The notes under the pieces were generated by a model that was given only the letters and a program-made list of their open reading frames with translations, was not told the DNA's origin and made no database searches. From contig NC_007181.1 in the NCBI RefSeq assembly GCF_000012285.1, positions 750,001 through 782,000 of the forward strand: 32,000 nucleotides of DNA, given 5' to 3'. Positions 17,280 through 25,416 of the stretch are shown here, in pieces. This DNA comes from Sulfolobus acidocaldarius DSM 639. GTDB lineage: Archaea; Thermoproteota; Thermoprotei_A; Sulfolobales; Sulfolobaceae. The translations under genes and the position numbers were made by a program. The number at the start of each line of letters is the position of its first letter. Within the stretch, counting starts at the first letter, position 1.

Positions 17280-17980
17280 ATTCTTACTGATATTACTAAT
17301 TTAGCACTCTTTTTTCCATTTTTCATCCTTTCATCTTGAAAACTCTCTGTAATCTTAATGTCCTTTATTGTAGACATTAAAGATGACACTAGTCGTTTTG
17401 CAACTCCTTTATTTATGAAATAGTAATCTATTCCCTCTCTACCTTCAATCACATCTGACAGATTATTAATGACTTCCTCATTGAAAAAGGATTCAAACAC
17501 AGTCCTCTTACTTTGTGTGAATTCCCCAGTTTTAGTTCTCAGTTGTATTATAGCCTCATAATATCGTGACTTCCTTCTGAGGCATGAAGGGCATAAAACT
17601 CTCTCAACCTTTAAACTTATGGTTCTTGTAAGTCTAAAATCTCTATTACCTATTTTTCCTCGTATGTCTACATCTATGAATGGATGGTCATTATAATCTA
17701 ACCATTGTTTCACTATTGTATATTCCACATCAGTTACATTGGGATCTGTTTTGATATTCCTATCGATTTCACGATAAACTATGGAAGTTAAAGGGTCTTG
17801 ATCTGCACTTTTTATCCACTTCCCTGAGACCCATTCAGATCCACATACCTTACAGTATTTTCCTTGAATTTCAGTTGGTACTGTTATTAATTCCTTGATT
17901 TTCATGTAACAGTCTATGCATAATCTGTCAATTAATTCCACGTTTTCTTTTCCGCATGACACACAAAAGTGTCTACTCAC
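17276..17980 (-). CDS. NMD3-family protein (archaeal homologue of the 60S export adaptor)
   Basis: Two N-terminal CxxC pairs (CVSCGK...CIDC, CKVCGS) and a later CPSC. Its size and its position in a translation-factor operon fit the family. Confidence 0.8.
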   Translation of the reverse strand: MSRHFCVSCGKENVELIDRLCIDCYMKIKELITVPTEIQGKYCKVCGSEWVSGKWIKSADQDPLTSIVYREIDRNIKTDPNVTDVEYTIVKQWLDYNDHPFIDVDIRGKIGNRDFRLTRTISLKVERVLCPSCLRRKSRYYEAIIQLRTKTGEFTQSKRTVFESFFNEEVINNLSDVIEGREGIDYYFINKGVAKRLVSSLMSTIKDIKITESFQDERMKNGKKSAKLVISVRI

Positions 17981-18285
17981 GATTCTAAGTTATATATTTG
18001 CGCAAATTTAATTCCTTTCACTTCAATAACTCCTTCCTTTGCCACAAATCCCCTTTTTATAGCTTCCTCCACAACTTTATTACCCACTATACTTACAGCT
18101 GTAGCGCTATTTATCAGGGAAAAAGCATACTCTAACCCTACTTCTTGACCACCAAAGAACTCCTCATTAACCACTAGTCTAAGATTGTTCTCCTCAAATG
18201 TCTTACCTAAGGTCTCTCTTTCACAGATGTTAACAAGAGTATAGTTGTCTCTCTTTATGACGTTCAGTATTACTCTATCGTTCAA
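17977..18285 (-). CDS. DUF424-family protein (102 aa from the TTG start)
   Basis: LVNICERETLGKTFEENNLRLVVNEEFFGGQEV...VSIVGNKVVEEAIKRGFV matches the DUF424 pattern. The TTG at 18285 overlaps the aIF2-beta TGA as TTGA. The ORF-track start at 18336 lies 55 nt inside aIF2-beta. Confidence 0.7.
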   Translation of the reverse strand: MNDRVILNVIKRDNYTLVNICERETLGKTFEENNLRLVVNEEFFGGQEVGLEYAFSLINSATAVSIVGNKVVEEAIKRGFVAKEGVIEVKGIKFAQIYNLES

Positions 18286-18707
18286 AACTGTTTCACCGGT
18301 GTTTGAGCTCCACAGGCTAAGCAAGATATAATCCAAACCTTCTTATCTCTCTTTAATATAGTATCAAAACTTCTGCATGTACTACACTGCACATACATTT
18401 TCAAAAACCTCTCCATAAGCATAGTCACTACCTGGGATGAGAATTTTCCTTGAATTACAAGTTGACCATTTTCCCCTAAGCTCCCTGGTGCAGCTAATTC
18501 CTTAAGTAAATATCTCATACATAATTTATCCTCTCTCCTTATTCTGTCACAATATTCGCTGAAGTTTCTGATTATCGTTGTATTTCCCACTTGTAGTACG
18601 ATTAGGTTAGGTAGGTTTTGCTGTCCTGATTTTTGTGCCTTGTCTGGTAGCCTATCATACAATCTATCTAACAACTGCTCGTAATTCTTATCGACTTTGA
18701 CTGTCAC
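18282..18707 (-). CDS. eif2b: translation initiation factor aIF2 beta subunit
   Basis: GTG start. LLDRLYDRLP, NTTIIRNFSEYCDRIRRE, and the C-terminal zinc knuckle CSTCRS...CLACGA. Collinear with Sulfolobus aIF2-beta. Confidence 0.92.
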   Translation of the reverse strand: MTVKVDKNYEQLLDRLYDRLPDKAQKSGQQNLPNLIVLQVGNTTIIRNFSEYCDRIRREDKLCMRYLLKELAAPGSLGENGQLVIQGKFSSQVVTMLMERFLKMYVQCSTCRSFDTILKRDKKVWIISCLACGAQTPVKQF

Positions 18708-18746
18708 AACTAATCTTAAGAGTTTGAAGTTTAAAATACTTAATCT

Positions 18747-20012
18747 ATGCGAGTGTACATTGAAACTTATGGGTGTGCTCTAAACAAAGGAGACAGCTAC
18801 ATCATGATGACTTTGCTTAGGGACAAGGGGCACGAGATAGTTGACAATATACAAGATGCTGAAATTTTGGTAATAAACACTTGTGCTGTGAGGTTAGAGA
18901 CTGAGGAGAGAATGAAACAACGAATCAAAGAGTTGAAAAAATATAATGACAAAAGACTAGTTGTGGCAGGCTGTTTAGCAAGTGCTGAACCTGCTGTCGT
19001 AGTGAGCTTAGCTCCTGAGGCATCTGTTATAGGACCACAAAGCGTGCAAAAGATAGTAGATGTAGTGGAAAACAGTAAACAACGTCAAGTCTATTTGAAC
19101 GAGGATAAGCCACTTATTACACCCAAGGTATTTGACGGTAAGATTGCTATATTACCTATAGCTGATGGTTGCGCAGGGGATTGTAACTTCTGCATAACAA
19201 AGTTGGCAAGGAGAAAGTTAAGGAGTTATCCACCACATTTGATAGTTGAAAGTGTGAGAGATGCAGTTAGGAAAGGAGCAGTTGAGATAGAACTATCTGG
19301 TCAAGACACCGCAGCTTACGGGCTAGATCTGGGTCAGATTAAACTTTCAGATTTAGTGAGGAAAGTAACTGAGGTAGAAGGAGACTTCATGATTAGGATT
19401 GGTATGATGACACCTGAACAGGCTATGAGAGATATAGATGGAATTATAGAGGTGTTGAGAGAAACTAAGGTGTACAAGTTCATTCATTTGCCTGTTCAGA
19501 GTGGAGACGACAATGTCTTAAAACTTATGAATAGAAAGTACACAGTAGATGAGTACAAGGACTTAGTTAAGGAAATACGTAAAAAAGTACCCATTGTAAA
19601 CATAACCACAGATATTATCATTGGACATCCTGGTGAAGACGAGAACGCTTTTAGAAACACTTTAGAGCTAATGAGAGATATTAAATTTGAACGTATTCAT
19701 TTAGCAATGTATTCTATACGCCCTAATACTAGAAGTGCTTCCATGAAACAAGTTCCTGATCCAGTGAAAAAAGAGAGAATCCAAATTGCAAATAAGCTTT
19801 ATGAGGAATTGGCGTATGAAATACACTCAGACTACTTAAATTCCATAGCCTCAGTTATTACAACAGAGTATGGAAGAAAGGGTTCTGTGATTGGTAGAAC
19901 ACTGAATTACATCCCTGTAGTCATAAGGCAAAATGTTGAATTAGGAAAAAGAATTAATGTGAGAATAAATGAAGCTTCCTTCTACGATTTAAGAGGCGAA
20001 CCTATTTCTTAA
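18747..20012 (+). CDS. MiaB-like tRNA methylthiotransferase, archaeal/eukaryotic MtaB (CDKAL1) type
   Basis: N-terminal MTTase domain (YIETYGCALNKGDS, INTCAV), radical-SAM CAGDCNFC, and a C-terminal TRAM-like domain. Confidence 0.85.
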   Translation: MRVYIETYGCALNKGDSYIMMTLLRDKGHEIVDNIQDAEILVINTCAVRLETEERMKQRIKELKKYNDKRLVVAGCLASAEPAVVVSLAPEASVIGPQSVQKIVDVVENSKQRQVYLNEDKPLITPKVFDGKIAILPIADGCAGDCNFCITKLARRKLRSYPPHLIVESVRDAVRKGAVEIELSGQDTAAYGLDLGQIKLSDLVRKVTEVEGDFMIRIGMMTPEQAMRDIDGIIEVLRETKVYKFIHLPVQSGDDNVLKLMNRKYTVDEYKDLVKEIRKKVPIVNITTDIIIGHPGEDENAFRNTLELMRDIKFERIHLAMYSIRPNTRSASMKQVPDPVKKERIQIANKLYEELAYEIHSDYLNSIASVITTEYGRKGSVIGRTLNYIPVVIRQNVELGKRINVRINEASFYDLRGEPIS

Positions 20013-20014
20013 AA

Positions 20015-20024
20015 GATTTTAAAC
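20015..20024 (+). promoter_or_regulatory. TATA-box candidate for the thiolase gene
   Basis: gattttaaac is centred about 26 nt upstream of the ATG at 20046. Confidence 0.4.
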
Positions 20025-20045
20025 TATTGAAATAAACTACATCAC

Positions 20046-21224
20046 ATGGACAATGTATATATAGTATCTGCAGTTAGAACTCCTTTGGGAAAATTTGGAG
20101 GATCACTTAAGGATATTTCTCCATCAGAATTAGGGTCTGTTGTAATTCGAGAGGCTGTTAATAGGGCTAAAGTCGATCCTAAACTAATTGATATAGTTAT
20201 AATGGGGAATGTTCTTAGAGCTGGTCACGGTCAAGATTTAGCCAGGCAAGCATCTATAAAAGCCGGTATACCTGCAAAAACAGACGCTTATTGTGTAGAT
20301 ATGGTTTGTTCATCAGGTATGATAAGTACCATAAATGCGGTGCAAATGATAAAAAGTGAGGATGCGGACATCGTTGTTGCGGGCGGAATGGAAAGTATGA
20401 GTAGAGCTTCATTCGCAATAGGTAGTGAAATAAGATGGGGAACGAAAATGCTCATGAACAAGTCATTAGACATTATCGATACAATGATAATAGACGGTCT
20501 TACTGACCCTTTTAATTTCAAGGTTATGGGACAAGAGGCTGATATGGTGGCAAGGGAACATGAAATAACCAGAAGAGAACTCGATGAGGTCGCTTATGAG
20601 AGTCACAGGAGGGCAACTATAGCTACAGAAAAGGGATACTTTAAAGACGAAATAGTGCCCCTTAATGTGGATGGTCGTGTTGTAGATAAGGATGAAGGGA
20701 TTAGGGCAGACACTACACTAGAAAAGCTTCTTCAACTTAAGCCTGCTTTTGGTTCTGACGGACTTCATACAGCCGGTAACTCGTCACAAATAAGTGATGG
20801 TGCTGCTGCTCTGGTTTTCGTGAGTGAAAGTGCGGTCAGGAAATTCAAGTTAGAGCCGATAGCCAGAGTATTGGGATATAGTTGGATAGGTATTGAGAGC
20901 TGGAAATTCCCTGAGGCACCTATATATTCAGTTAAGAAGCTCCTGGATAAAATCAACATTCCATTATCAAAATTTGATTATTTTGAAAACAATGAAGCCT
21001 TTGCAGTGAATAATGTGTTGTTTAATAGATATCTAGGTGTATCTTATGATAGGTTAAACGTTTATGGGGGAGCAATAGCATTGGGTCACCCTATAGGTGC
21101 CAGCGGGTCAAGAATACTTGTGACATTACTGAACGTTCTGAGGAAAATGAATGGAAAATACGGTATTGCGAGTATATGTCACGGAATAGGTGGTTCCACA
21201 GCAATAGCAGTAGAACTACTATAG
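20046..21224 (+). CDS. acetyl-CoA C-acetyltransferase (thiolase)
   Basis: VSAVRTPLGKFGGSL, active-site Cys in DMVCSSGM, NEAFA, GGAIALGHPIGASG, and the C-terminal CHGIGGSTA. Confidence 0.92.
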   Translation: MDNVYIVSAVRTPLGKFGGSLKDISPSELGSVVIREAVNRAKVDPKLIDIVIMGNVLRAGHGQDLARQASIKAGIPAKTDAYCVDMVCSSGMISTINAVQMIKSEDADIVVAGGMESMSRASFAIGSEIRWGTKMLMNKSLDIIDTMIIDGLTDPFNFKVMGQEADMVAREHEITRRELDEVAYESHRRATIATEKGYFKDEIVPLNVDGRVVDKDEGIRADTTLEKLLQLKPAFGSDGLHTAGNSSQISDGAAALVFVSESAVRKFKLEPIARVLGYSWIGIESWKFPEAPIYSVKKLLDKINIPLSKFDYFENNEAFAVNNVLFNRYLGVSYDRLNVYGGAIALGHPIGASGSRILVTLLNVLRKMNGKYGIASICHGIGGSTAIAVELL

Positions 21225-21225
21225 C

Positions 21226-21244
21226 TTTTTAGGTTTTGTGTTTT
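21226..21244 (+). terminator. oligo-T terminator candidate after the thiolase gene
   Basis: Three T-runs (T5, T4, T4) lie within 20 nt of the stop codon. Archaeal RNA polymerase terminates at oligo-T tracts. Confidence 0.4.
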
Positions 21245-21250
21245 AATTAT
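21241..21250 (+). promoter_or_regulatory. TATA-box candidate for aIF1A
   Basis: ttttaattat is centred about 24 nt upstream of the TTG start at 21269. Confidence 0.45.
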
Positions 21251-21268
21251 GATTGGTGGTAGACTAGT

Positions 21269-21595
21269 TTGGCAAAGAAAAAGTCGAATACAGAGCAACC
21301 TACAAGAGAGGTTGTCAAGCCTATAGAAGGCGAGGTAATATGTGTTGTAAAGAAGCTTTTTGGAGGAGAACATGTACAGGTCATATGTACTGATGGAAAA
21401 GAGAGACTAGGCAGAATTCCAGGCAAACTCAAGAAGAAAGTCTGGATAAGAGAAGGAGATGTGGTTTTGGCTGCCCCTTGGGACTTTCAGCCTAATAAGT
21501 GCGACATAGTGTATAGGTATACGGAAAGTGAAGTAAGAAGACTAGTGGAAGACAAGGTCATCAGCCAGGATGTGATAGAACAGCTCAGAGGATAA
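21269..21595 (+). CDS. eif1a: translation initiation factor aIF1A
   Basis: TTG start. S1-like OB core [47 protein letters not shown]. Confidence 0.92.
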
Positions 21596-21599
21596 TTCT

Positions 21600-22355
21600 T
21601 TGTCACGAAACAAAAGGAGAAAAGAGGAAAAAAGAATCAAAGATGCTGATTTATTTAAAGTGGTTGACTCCACTCTAGATACAAGAACTTATTCCGATTT
21701 ATATTATATTTCAAGAAAATTAAATATAAAAACTATTTATGGGGCAGTTTCAGCTGGTAAAGAGGCAAAGATATATCCAGCCCTAACTGAGAGTGAGGAG
21801 TGGTATGCAGTAAAAATTTATTACGTTTCTACTGCGTCAAGCAAAAGAGCGATAGAGAGGTATACCTTTGGCGATCCAAGGTTTGAGGGTGTAAGGGCTT
21901 CAAACACACTAAAACTTATAGAAGTGTGGGCTAAAAAAGAGTTCAAAAATCTCTCTAAAATGTATGATTCAGGTGTCTCAGTACCTAAGCCGATATACGT
22001 TCACAAGAACATATTAATTATGGAATTCATAGGTGATAACGGTATTAGAGCACCACTACTAAAGGAATTACGTTCTGAAGACGTCAATGAGGACTTGTAT
22101 AAAACTATAATAGATCAAGTTGTCATAATGGCGAATAAAGCAGAATTAGTTCACGGGGATTTAAGTGAATATAACATTATGGTTTTTGATGGTAAACCGT
22201 ATATAATAGATGTTAGCCAAGCCATAGATCTGACTCATCCGAACGCGAGGGAATTTTTAGTCAGAGATATTCGAAATATTAATTCTTTCTTTATGAATAA
22301 TGGTATAAATGTGATGAGCGAGACGGAAATATTAACTCGTTTTATTAAAATTTAA
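21600..22355 (+). CDS. RIO-type serine protein kinase (Rio1 type, no N-terminal wHTH)
   Basis: TTG start. GAVSAGKEAKIY (P-loop equivalent), VKIYY (Lys), catalytic HGDLSEYNIMV, and metal-binding IDVSQA. Confidence 0.88.
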   Translation: MSRNKRRKEEKRIKDADLFKVVDSTLDTRTYSDLYYISRKLNIKTIYGAVSAGKEAKIYPALTESEEWYAVKIYYVSTASSKRAIERYTFGDPRFEGVRASNTLKLIEVWAKKEFKNLSKMYDSGVSVPKPIYVHKNILIMEFIGDNGIRAPLLKELRSEDVNEDLYKTIIDQVVIMANKAELVHGDLSEYNIMVFDGKPYIIDVSQAIDLTHPNAREFLVRDIRNINSFFMNNGINVMSETEILTRFIKI

Positions 22356-22366
22356 TATGAGTAACT

Positions 22367-22906
22367 ATGATGTATGTGACTGTACCAGATGAGAGGCTTG
22401 ATTTAATTAAAACTTTATCAAAACGTATTGAGGAAATAAGTAATACTACCATTAATTTTGACGAGGTGACTAAACAGATCAGAGTTATTCCAAAGGATAA
22501 TAATTCATATAATGCCATGAAAGTCATATCGGTAATAAACGCCTTAGGTTTTGGTTTTGAACCAAATGATGCCATGAGACTTATGAGTGATGATTATGGA
22601 CTTGAAATCATAAACTTAAAGGAATTCACTAATTCGGTAAATTCTTTGAGGAGGATAAAAGGTAGGGTGATAGGTGAAAAAGGTAAAACTAAGAGGACAA
22701 TAGAAGAATACACAGGTGTTATAGTCCTAGTAAAGGATCATGAGATCGGACTTTTGGGAAACATAGAGCAATTAAGTATCGCTAAAAGGGCTATCGAATT
22801 ACTTATTGAGGGTAAAGAGCACAACACTGTATACAAGTACCTGGATAAGGCAGAAAGATACGCTATGTTATCTAACGTTAATAGAAATTTAAAGGAAGGT
22901 CTCTAA
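22367..22906 (+). CDS. double KH-domain RNA-binding protein (archaeal Dim2/Pno1 homologue)
   Basis: GXXG loop in GRVIGEKGKTKRTIEE. Conserved archaeal gene order aIF1A-Rio1-KH. Confidence 0.8.
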   Translation: MMYVTVPDERLDLIKTLSKRIEEISNTTINFDEVTKQIRVIPKDNNSYNAMKVISVINALGFGFEPNDAMRLMSDDYGLEIINLKEFTNSVNSLRRIKGRVIGEKGKTKRTIEEYTGVIVLVKDHEIGLLGNIEQLSIAKRAIELLIEGKEHNTVYKYLDKAERYAMLSNVNRNLKEGL

Positions 22907-23434
22907 AAGGCTTAGTGCATCCTTGTTATATCTTGTAGTGTAGATTTTTATCACTTTTTCATAACTGCTAAGAATTGTCTTGTATTTGTCATCAGAAGTT
23001 ATTTCCTTTAGTTTTTCTACATTGTTACTGTAAATATACCTAAAAACATTAAACAGTAATCTTTTAGGTTCGCTCAAGACCTCTTCCGTATTAAACAAAT
23101 GGGGGCTCGGAGTCATGACCAATGTCAAGTGGGTTCCGTCCAATCTAGCTATCATCGCTATCTTATGTGCGCTATATTCTCTAGTGGGTGATTTTTTTGT
23201 CGCCTTTACTTCCACATAATATTTGCTTCCATCTTTTTCTGCTTCAATGTCATGTGTTGGTAGATCAACATACTTGACATTCATAAAATTCATATCCTGT
23301 AAAACTTTCATCGCTTTCATTTCCATAGCGAACCCGAGAATTATTCCCCTCGCCTTATCAATCGCGTACTCAATTTCATCATCAGTCAAATCATATTCTT
23401 GTCTTAGCTCTTCTAATATTCTCACATGATACAT
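22889..23434 (-). CDS. PD-(D/E)xK nuclease-fold protein (Hjc-like core) with extra N- and C-terminal helices
   Basis: 181 aa. E38 (AMEMKAMKVL), D62 (PTHDIEA) and E75-V-K77 (YYVEVKATKK). The D-to-E spacing of 13 equals that between D42 and E55-x-K57 of Hjc. Confidence 0.55.
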   Translation of the reverse strand: MYHVRILEELRQEYDLTDDEIEYAIDKARGIILGFAMEMKAMKVLQDMNFMNVKYVDLPTHDIEAEKDGSKYYVEVKATKKSPTREYSAHKIAMIARLDGTHLTLVMTPSPHLFNTEEVLSEPKRLLFNVFRYIYSNNVEKLKEITSDDKYKTILSSYEKVIKIYTTRYNKDALSLLETFL

Positions 23435-23462
23435 TTTTAATAATCATTTAAAAGTTTTAGTA

Positions 23463-24455
23463 TTAGCATTTTATTTTAGTCTCTCCTAGTTTTCTTTTTC
23501 CTTCAGATCTAATTTTAGATATTTCATCGCCTTTAACATTTGTCGCATCATTTCCGAACCTCGAGAACAAATCAAGTTCAAAATTATATTCAGTGTAAAC
23601 TCCCATTTTATTTAGTTTTTCATTAGCATCCTCCAGTGATTCAGAATCTTTGATGACTTTAGCTATAGGAGAAGTCTCATAAACTATTTTGGGTTCCATG
23701 AAAAACATCACTGCGGAGATGGGTGTAACAAAGACTCGTCTAGTATTGTTTCTTATGCTAACTTCCCCGTATAGTCCTCTAAAAGCTTCCAAGGGTATCT
23801 TAGAAGCTTCAGTTGTAACAACGCTTAATATCTCGTCTAGCTTTCGTGATATTGCCTCGTCTATTCCCTTTATATCCTTTAAACCACCCTTAGTTGCTAT
23901 CTCTGCTATCCGCCTTAGGATATAATCTTGTTGTAGTTCACCATCACTACCAGCACCAATTGTGGCTAAAACAGATTTGGTTTTAGTTTCTGTCAAAACA
24001 TTAAGCATGATGAAATCAATCAATGGACTTCCTAACGTTTCCTCACATCCTTTTGCAAGTACATCTCCTCCCGCATCTACTCCTACTATTACATCAATTC
24101 CTTCCTTCAACGCGAATTCATCAATCATTCGAGCTATCTTTCTAATACCTTCACGAATACAAATTGAGTACCCCTCACTTATATTTAGGACTTTGAGTAC
24201 TTTCACGATCTGAGGGATAACTACTCTACCATTTCTTATAGAATAAGATTCCTTGTTCAATTTAGTAATTACATCATTTAAGTTATCTGCGTTCATGAAC
24301 TCGCATATAGGTCCAGGTAAGGGATCCTCAACATACCTTTCCCACGTAACTGCCCCGAGTATAGTATCGTAACCCAGGCGTTTGTAATACTCATAAGCGA
24401 TATACGCTGATACTACATCTCCCCCTCCTCCCAGACCGAAGATAAAGGCTTTCAC
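23463..24455 (-). CDS. uncharacterised protein with three glycine-rich loops (DUF1152-like)
   Basis: GTG start. 330 aa. Motifs FGLGGGGDV (res 6-14), VGVDAGGDVLA (about res 124-134) and IGAGSDGE (about res 166-173). I recall the GGGGD N-terminus as typical of the DUF1152 family (unverified). Confidence 0.6.
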   Translation of the reverse strand: MKAFIFGLGGGGDVVSAYIAYEYYKRLGYDTILGAVTWERYVEDPLPGPICEFMNADNLNDVITKLNKESYSIRNGRVVIPQIVKVLKVLNISEGYSICIREGIRKIARMIDEFALKEGIDVIVGVDAGGDVLAKGCEETLGSPLIDFIMLNVLTETKTKSVLATIGAGSDGELQQDYILRRIAEIATKGGLKDIKGIDEAISRKLDEILSVVTTEASKIPLEAFRGLYGEVSIRNNTRRVFVTPISAVMFFMEPKIVYETSPIAKVIKDSESLEDANEKLNKMGVYTEYNFELDLFSRFGNDATNVKGDEISKIRSEGKRKLGETKIKC

Positions 24456-24475
24456 ATGATTTTTAACTCTTATCC

Positions 24476-24485
24476 CATTTTATAC
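24476..24485 (-). promoter_or_regulatory. TATA-box candidate for the DUF1152-like gene
   Basis: The minus strand reads gtataaaatg, centred about 27 nt upstream of the GTG at 24455. Confidence 0.4.
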
Positions 24486-24586
24486 TTTGGTATAGCTAAT
24501 GAGAAGTTAGCATAGTAATAGATTTACTTTTCGTGTATTATCTGATGCTTACTTTTAATCTTTATGTAGTACATAGCGTATATACA

Positions 24587-25123
24587 ATGAGCGATGTAAT
24601 TGATTTAAATTCAAATGAAGTATCAAGTTACTATACCTATGAACCTGACCTAAAAATAGGAGAAGCGTTGGCACATATCGTAGCAGCGGCCTCAATAGTT
24701 GAAGAGCTTGAGGGAGAGAGTGAGGAAGTAAAAGAGACAGTGAGAAAATATACTGATGCGTGGATAGTGGCAGTAGCACCATTAGATTATGTCCCCGGCA
24801 TGGCTGAGGTCGTAGGGAGTAAGATTAATAAGAAACTGACTAAGATATTTCCAGACATATCTGAAGACGAGCTGGGAGAAACATTTGAAATTGTTATAGA
24901 GGCTAAAAGGAAACTGGAAGAGGGTGAAGTACCTTTCAATTATCAGGAGGTGGAAGTAAGGACCGAAAAAGTCCTACGTGCTCTTGGTGTAGATTTATCT
25001 TACATTCAAAAATTTATAACTGGAGATCTCAATAAACGATTATTGAGGCTTATCTCAATATTTGTGTTAGCTATAGGGATAGCAAGTATTTGGGATCAGA
25101 AATGGATAGCGGAATATCAATAA
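24587..25123 (+). CDS. hypothetical acidic protein with a single C-terminal TM helix (tail-anchored topology)
   Basis: ATG at 24587 (MSDVIDL) is preferred because ttttaatc lies about 31 nt upstream. The ORF-track extension from 24533 covers the promoter. The C-terminus is LLRLISIFVLAIGIASIW. Confidence 0.5.
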   Translation: MSDVIDLNSNEVSSYYTYEPDLKIGEALAHIVAAASIVEELEGESEEVKETVRKYTDAWIVAVAPLDYVPGMAEVVGSKINKKLTKIFPDISEDELGETFEIVIEAKRKLEEGEVPFNYQEVEVRTEKVLRALGVDLSYIQKFITGDLNKRLLRLISIFVLAIGIASIWDQKWIAEYQ

Positions 25124-25416
25124 CAGCGGAAAAGTTAGTTGAGGTAACCACAAAGTATGCTAGTAAGATCTCTGTTAAGGACGAGGAGATAGAGAGACTT
25201 GTAGGAATTTCAATGAGGAATATTGCAAAAACCTCAGTACAAAGGGTGTCTTTTTGGCTAGTGGAAGAAAGGGGTAATTTACTTTACTGTAAATTGTGTA
25301 ACAAGGGTCCATTTACCAAGAAGGGTCTCTATTTACACTTACTTCGTCTTCATAAAGATGAGATTAAAGCCTTGATAGAAGATGAATTAAAACATGAGAT
25401 AAAGGCTATCTTATAG
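25102..25416 (+). CDS. small protein with a C2H2-type zinc finger (104 aa)
   Basis: C67-x2-C70-x12-H83-x4-H88 (numbering from the ORF-track start at 25090) in YCKLCNKGPFTKKGLYLHLLRLH (nt 25288-25353). ATG at 25102 is preferred over the TTG at 25090. Overlaps the upstream gene end by 22 nt. Confidence 0.55.
   Translation: MDSGISITAEKLVEVTTKYASKISVKDEEIERLVGISMRNIAKTSVQRVSFWLVEERGNLLYCKLCNKGPFTKKGLYLHLLRLHKDEIKALIEDELKHEIKAIL

Noticed and set aside
23463-24455. FtsZ/tubulin-like interpretation of the GLGGGGD and GVDAGGD loops
   Set aside because: This is a motif-level resemblance to the T1 and T4 loops only. There is no GGGTG[ST]G signature and no NxDxxD (T7) motif, and the spacing differs. 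The evidence is insufficient without structure prediction.
24533-24586. N-terminal extension MYYLMLTFNLYVVHSVYT of the 24533 ORF
   Set aside because: The extension covers the AT-rich divergent promoter, including a TATA-like box positioned correctly for the internal ATG at 24587. Its aromatic, hydrophobic composition looks non-coding.
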